A stretch of 62,540 nucleotides of DNA, the filler included, from Choristocarpus tenellus KU-1152 (taxonomy: Eukaryota; Protista; Phaeophyceae): NCBI GenBank assembly GCA_964200185.2. It is 12 parts of 12 records of this genome, joined end to end, with 100 filler letters (N's around TTAATTAATTAA, not from the genome) between each part and the next. Parts side by side here need not be neighbours in the genome. Positions count along the whole stretch, not along the records: positions 58,572 to 62,540 come from CAXNAD020016864.1; 11 more parts are not named here. One strand, given 5' to 3'. A program made the translations under genes and the position numbers. The notes under the pieces are model-generated. The model ran no database searches and was not told the DNA's origin. It worked only from the letters and a program-made list of their open reading frames with translations. This document shows, piece after piece, positions 61,189-62,540 of this stretch; positions within the stretch are counted from its first letter, which is position 1; every line of letters starts with the position of its first letter.

Positions 61189-61625
61189 TTTTACAGGCGA
61201 ATAGCGCGAGTGTTTCTTCCCGCACTTTAACTGGCGCGAGCAGTATACACGCGTGGGGAACCCCAAAAGGAGGAACTCTGATTTGCCTAAAGGTTGCAGA
61301 ATAAACTGTAACTCGGGTAGTTGCAGAGGGTCATGGATGGATGGTCGGAAAGGGTTCTTAGATACATACCAGTATTTACAAACTCGAAAAACCCCAAAAC
61401 GGCAAATGATGATTAGAGTTCCTATAAACCACTCAAAACCGCTCAGTTATTCTGACCTAAAAGACGCTCATAGCTCACTCTTAACCCGATGTCAAACTTA
61501 CTTTTCTTATACTGAGTGATTCATTTAAGAGTACCCCTATTCAGCTGAGCTGACGTTCGATAATCTGTGAATTGGACTTGACTTTTACATCCTGGGAAGG
61601 TGAGCATTGAGGGGCGCATGTAACA
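61189..61625 (+). mobile_element. Solo LTR (family D)
   Basis: TTTTACAGGCG...CGCATGTAACA; 4-bp TSD CATG. Confidence 0.85.
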
Positions 61626-61953
61626 CATGTGCAGTTTAAATGTAACACTTCGTTTGTTTGTTGTGCATGTCTGGGATTTAGTATGTAGTAAGACGTGGTT
61701 GTCGCTGAGGGTGTTAGGGTTGAAGTTGTTGGTATGAAGTACGGGAAAAGGTGTGGACGGAATATAGGCGTGTATACGAGTGGTTATTGGCCAAGGTCTA
61801 ATGTCGTACGTTTCTCTGAAAGAGTTCAAGGTACAGTCCCAGAGGTCCTGGGTTGGTGCTGCGCTTAGGAGCATCGTGGGTGGACTTAGGTATATAATCC
61901 TCCAAGGTTCGAAGGAGAACGAGATCGAATCTAGTTTGTCGACACTTGGACAA

Positions 61954-62212
61954 GAATGAAAGTATCTTAGAGGGTATGAGTTTTTCCCTTTTTGTCCATT
62001 TGGGGCTTGACTTTCCATGGAATCTTTTATGCCGTTTTCTTACTCCAAAATGTTTGGGAGTAGGTAAAATGTATACGTTATGAAAAGGTGTGTCCGGAAC
62101 ATGGATATTGACACTTCCTAACAAACACGAGACCCACAATTACATCAAAATCGCAACATCGGATTTTCGACCCGAAGTGGACGCGGCTCTACCCTCTAAG
62201 ATACTTTGCCTC
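61954..62212 (-). mobile_element. MITE family B, full copy
   Basis: TIRs; 4-bp TSD ACAA. Confidence 0.92.
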
Positions 62213-62485
62213 ACAAAGCAAGAGGTGGTGCATAGAGTATTAAGAAGAAGGGGGGGAGGCGCGTTATAGTGTACAAGGAAAAAAAAATAGCGGCTTTGAG
62301 AAGAACAGGGTATTCATCGCAGTCCTTGGCAAATTGTTTGGAAGGTTAGCTGATCAGATGGAGAAGAGTTGTTTGATGTATTATATTTTAGTTGTCCAAA
62401 CCTTGTAGCAGACACGCTCTTTTAAACAAATCATAACACAGGTCTAATCTTCAACGTGAGCATGATATACGATATGCTGACGACT

Positions 62486-62540
62486 GGCTCAAAGTATCTG
62501 GGAGGGGGTGGCGGCTGTCCATTTGGGGTCAATTTTTCAT
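62486..62540 (+). mobile_element. MITE family A, partial (window end)
   Basis: GGCTCAAAGTATCTGGGAGGGGGTGGCGGCTGTCCATTTGGGG. Confidence 0.85.

Overview
Eukaryotic, repeat-rich genomic DNA, most likely from a brown alga or a related stramenopile (inferred from GT-AG introns, intron composition and the retroelement types; no database search was possible). The window is a pseudo-scaffold of 12 short contigs joined by 11 artificial 100-bp linkers (44 N + TTAATTAATTAA + 44 N), so nothing should be read as syntenic across linkers. Host genes are sparse and partial: an EF-hand-like protein, a twin-CX9C (COA4-like) protein, an SLC35F5-like transporter, a coiled-coil protein and a few isolated candidate exons. 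The dominant signal is a very dense system of three related MITE-like families (A about 185 bp, B about 255 bp, C about 180 bp; about 27 full or partial copies). They share a 5-bp cap + AAAGTATCT terminal inverted repeat, a subterminal GTCCRTTT box and 3- or 4-bp target duplications, and one copy has its interior inverted between the asymmetric caps. Also present: a Ty3/Gypsy LTR family (tRNA-Gln PBS, 4-bp TSD solo LTRs); a Gypsy integrase ending in a chromodomain-like plus Tudor-like pair; a decayed IS630/Tc1-like transposase with a very long D-to-E spacing (about 114 aa, Sailor-like); a Copia RT fragment; and a TIR-less repeat (family E) bounded by hairpins at both ends.
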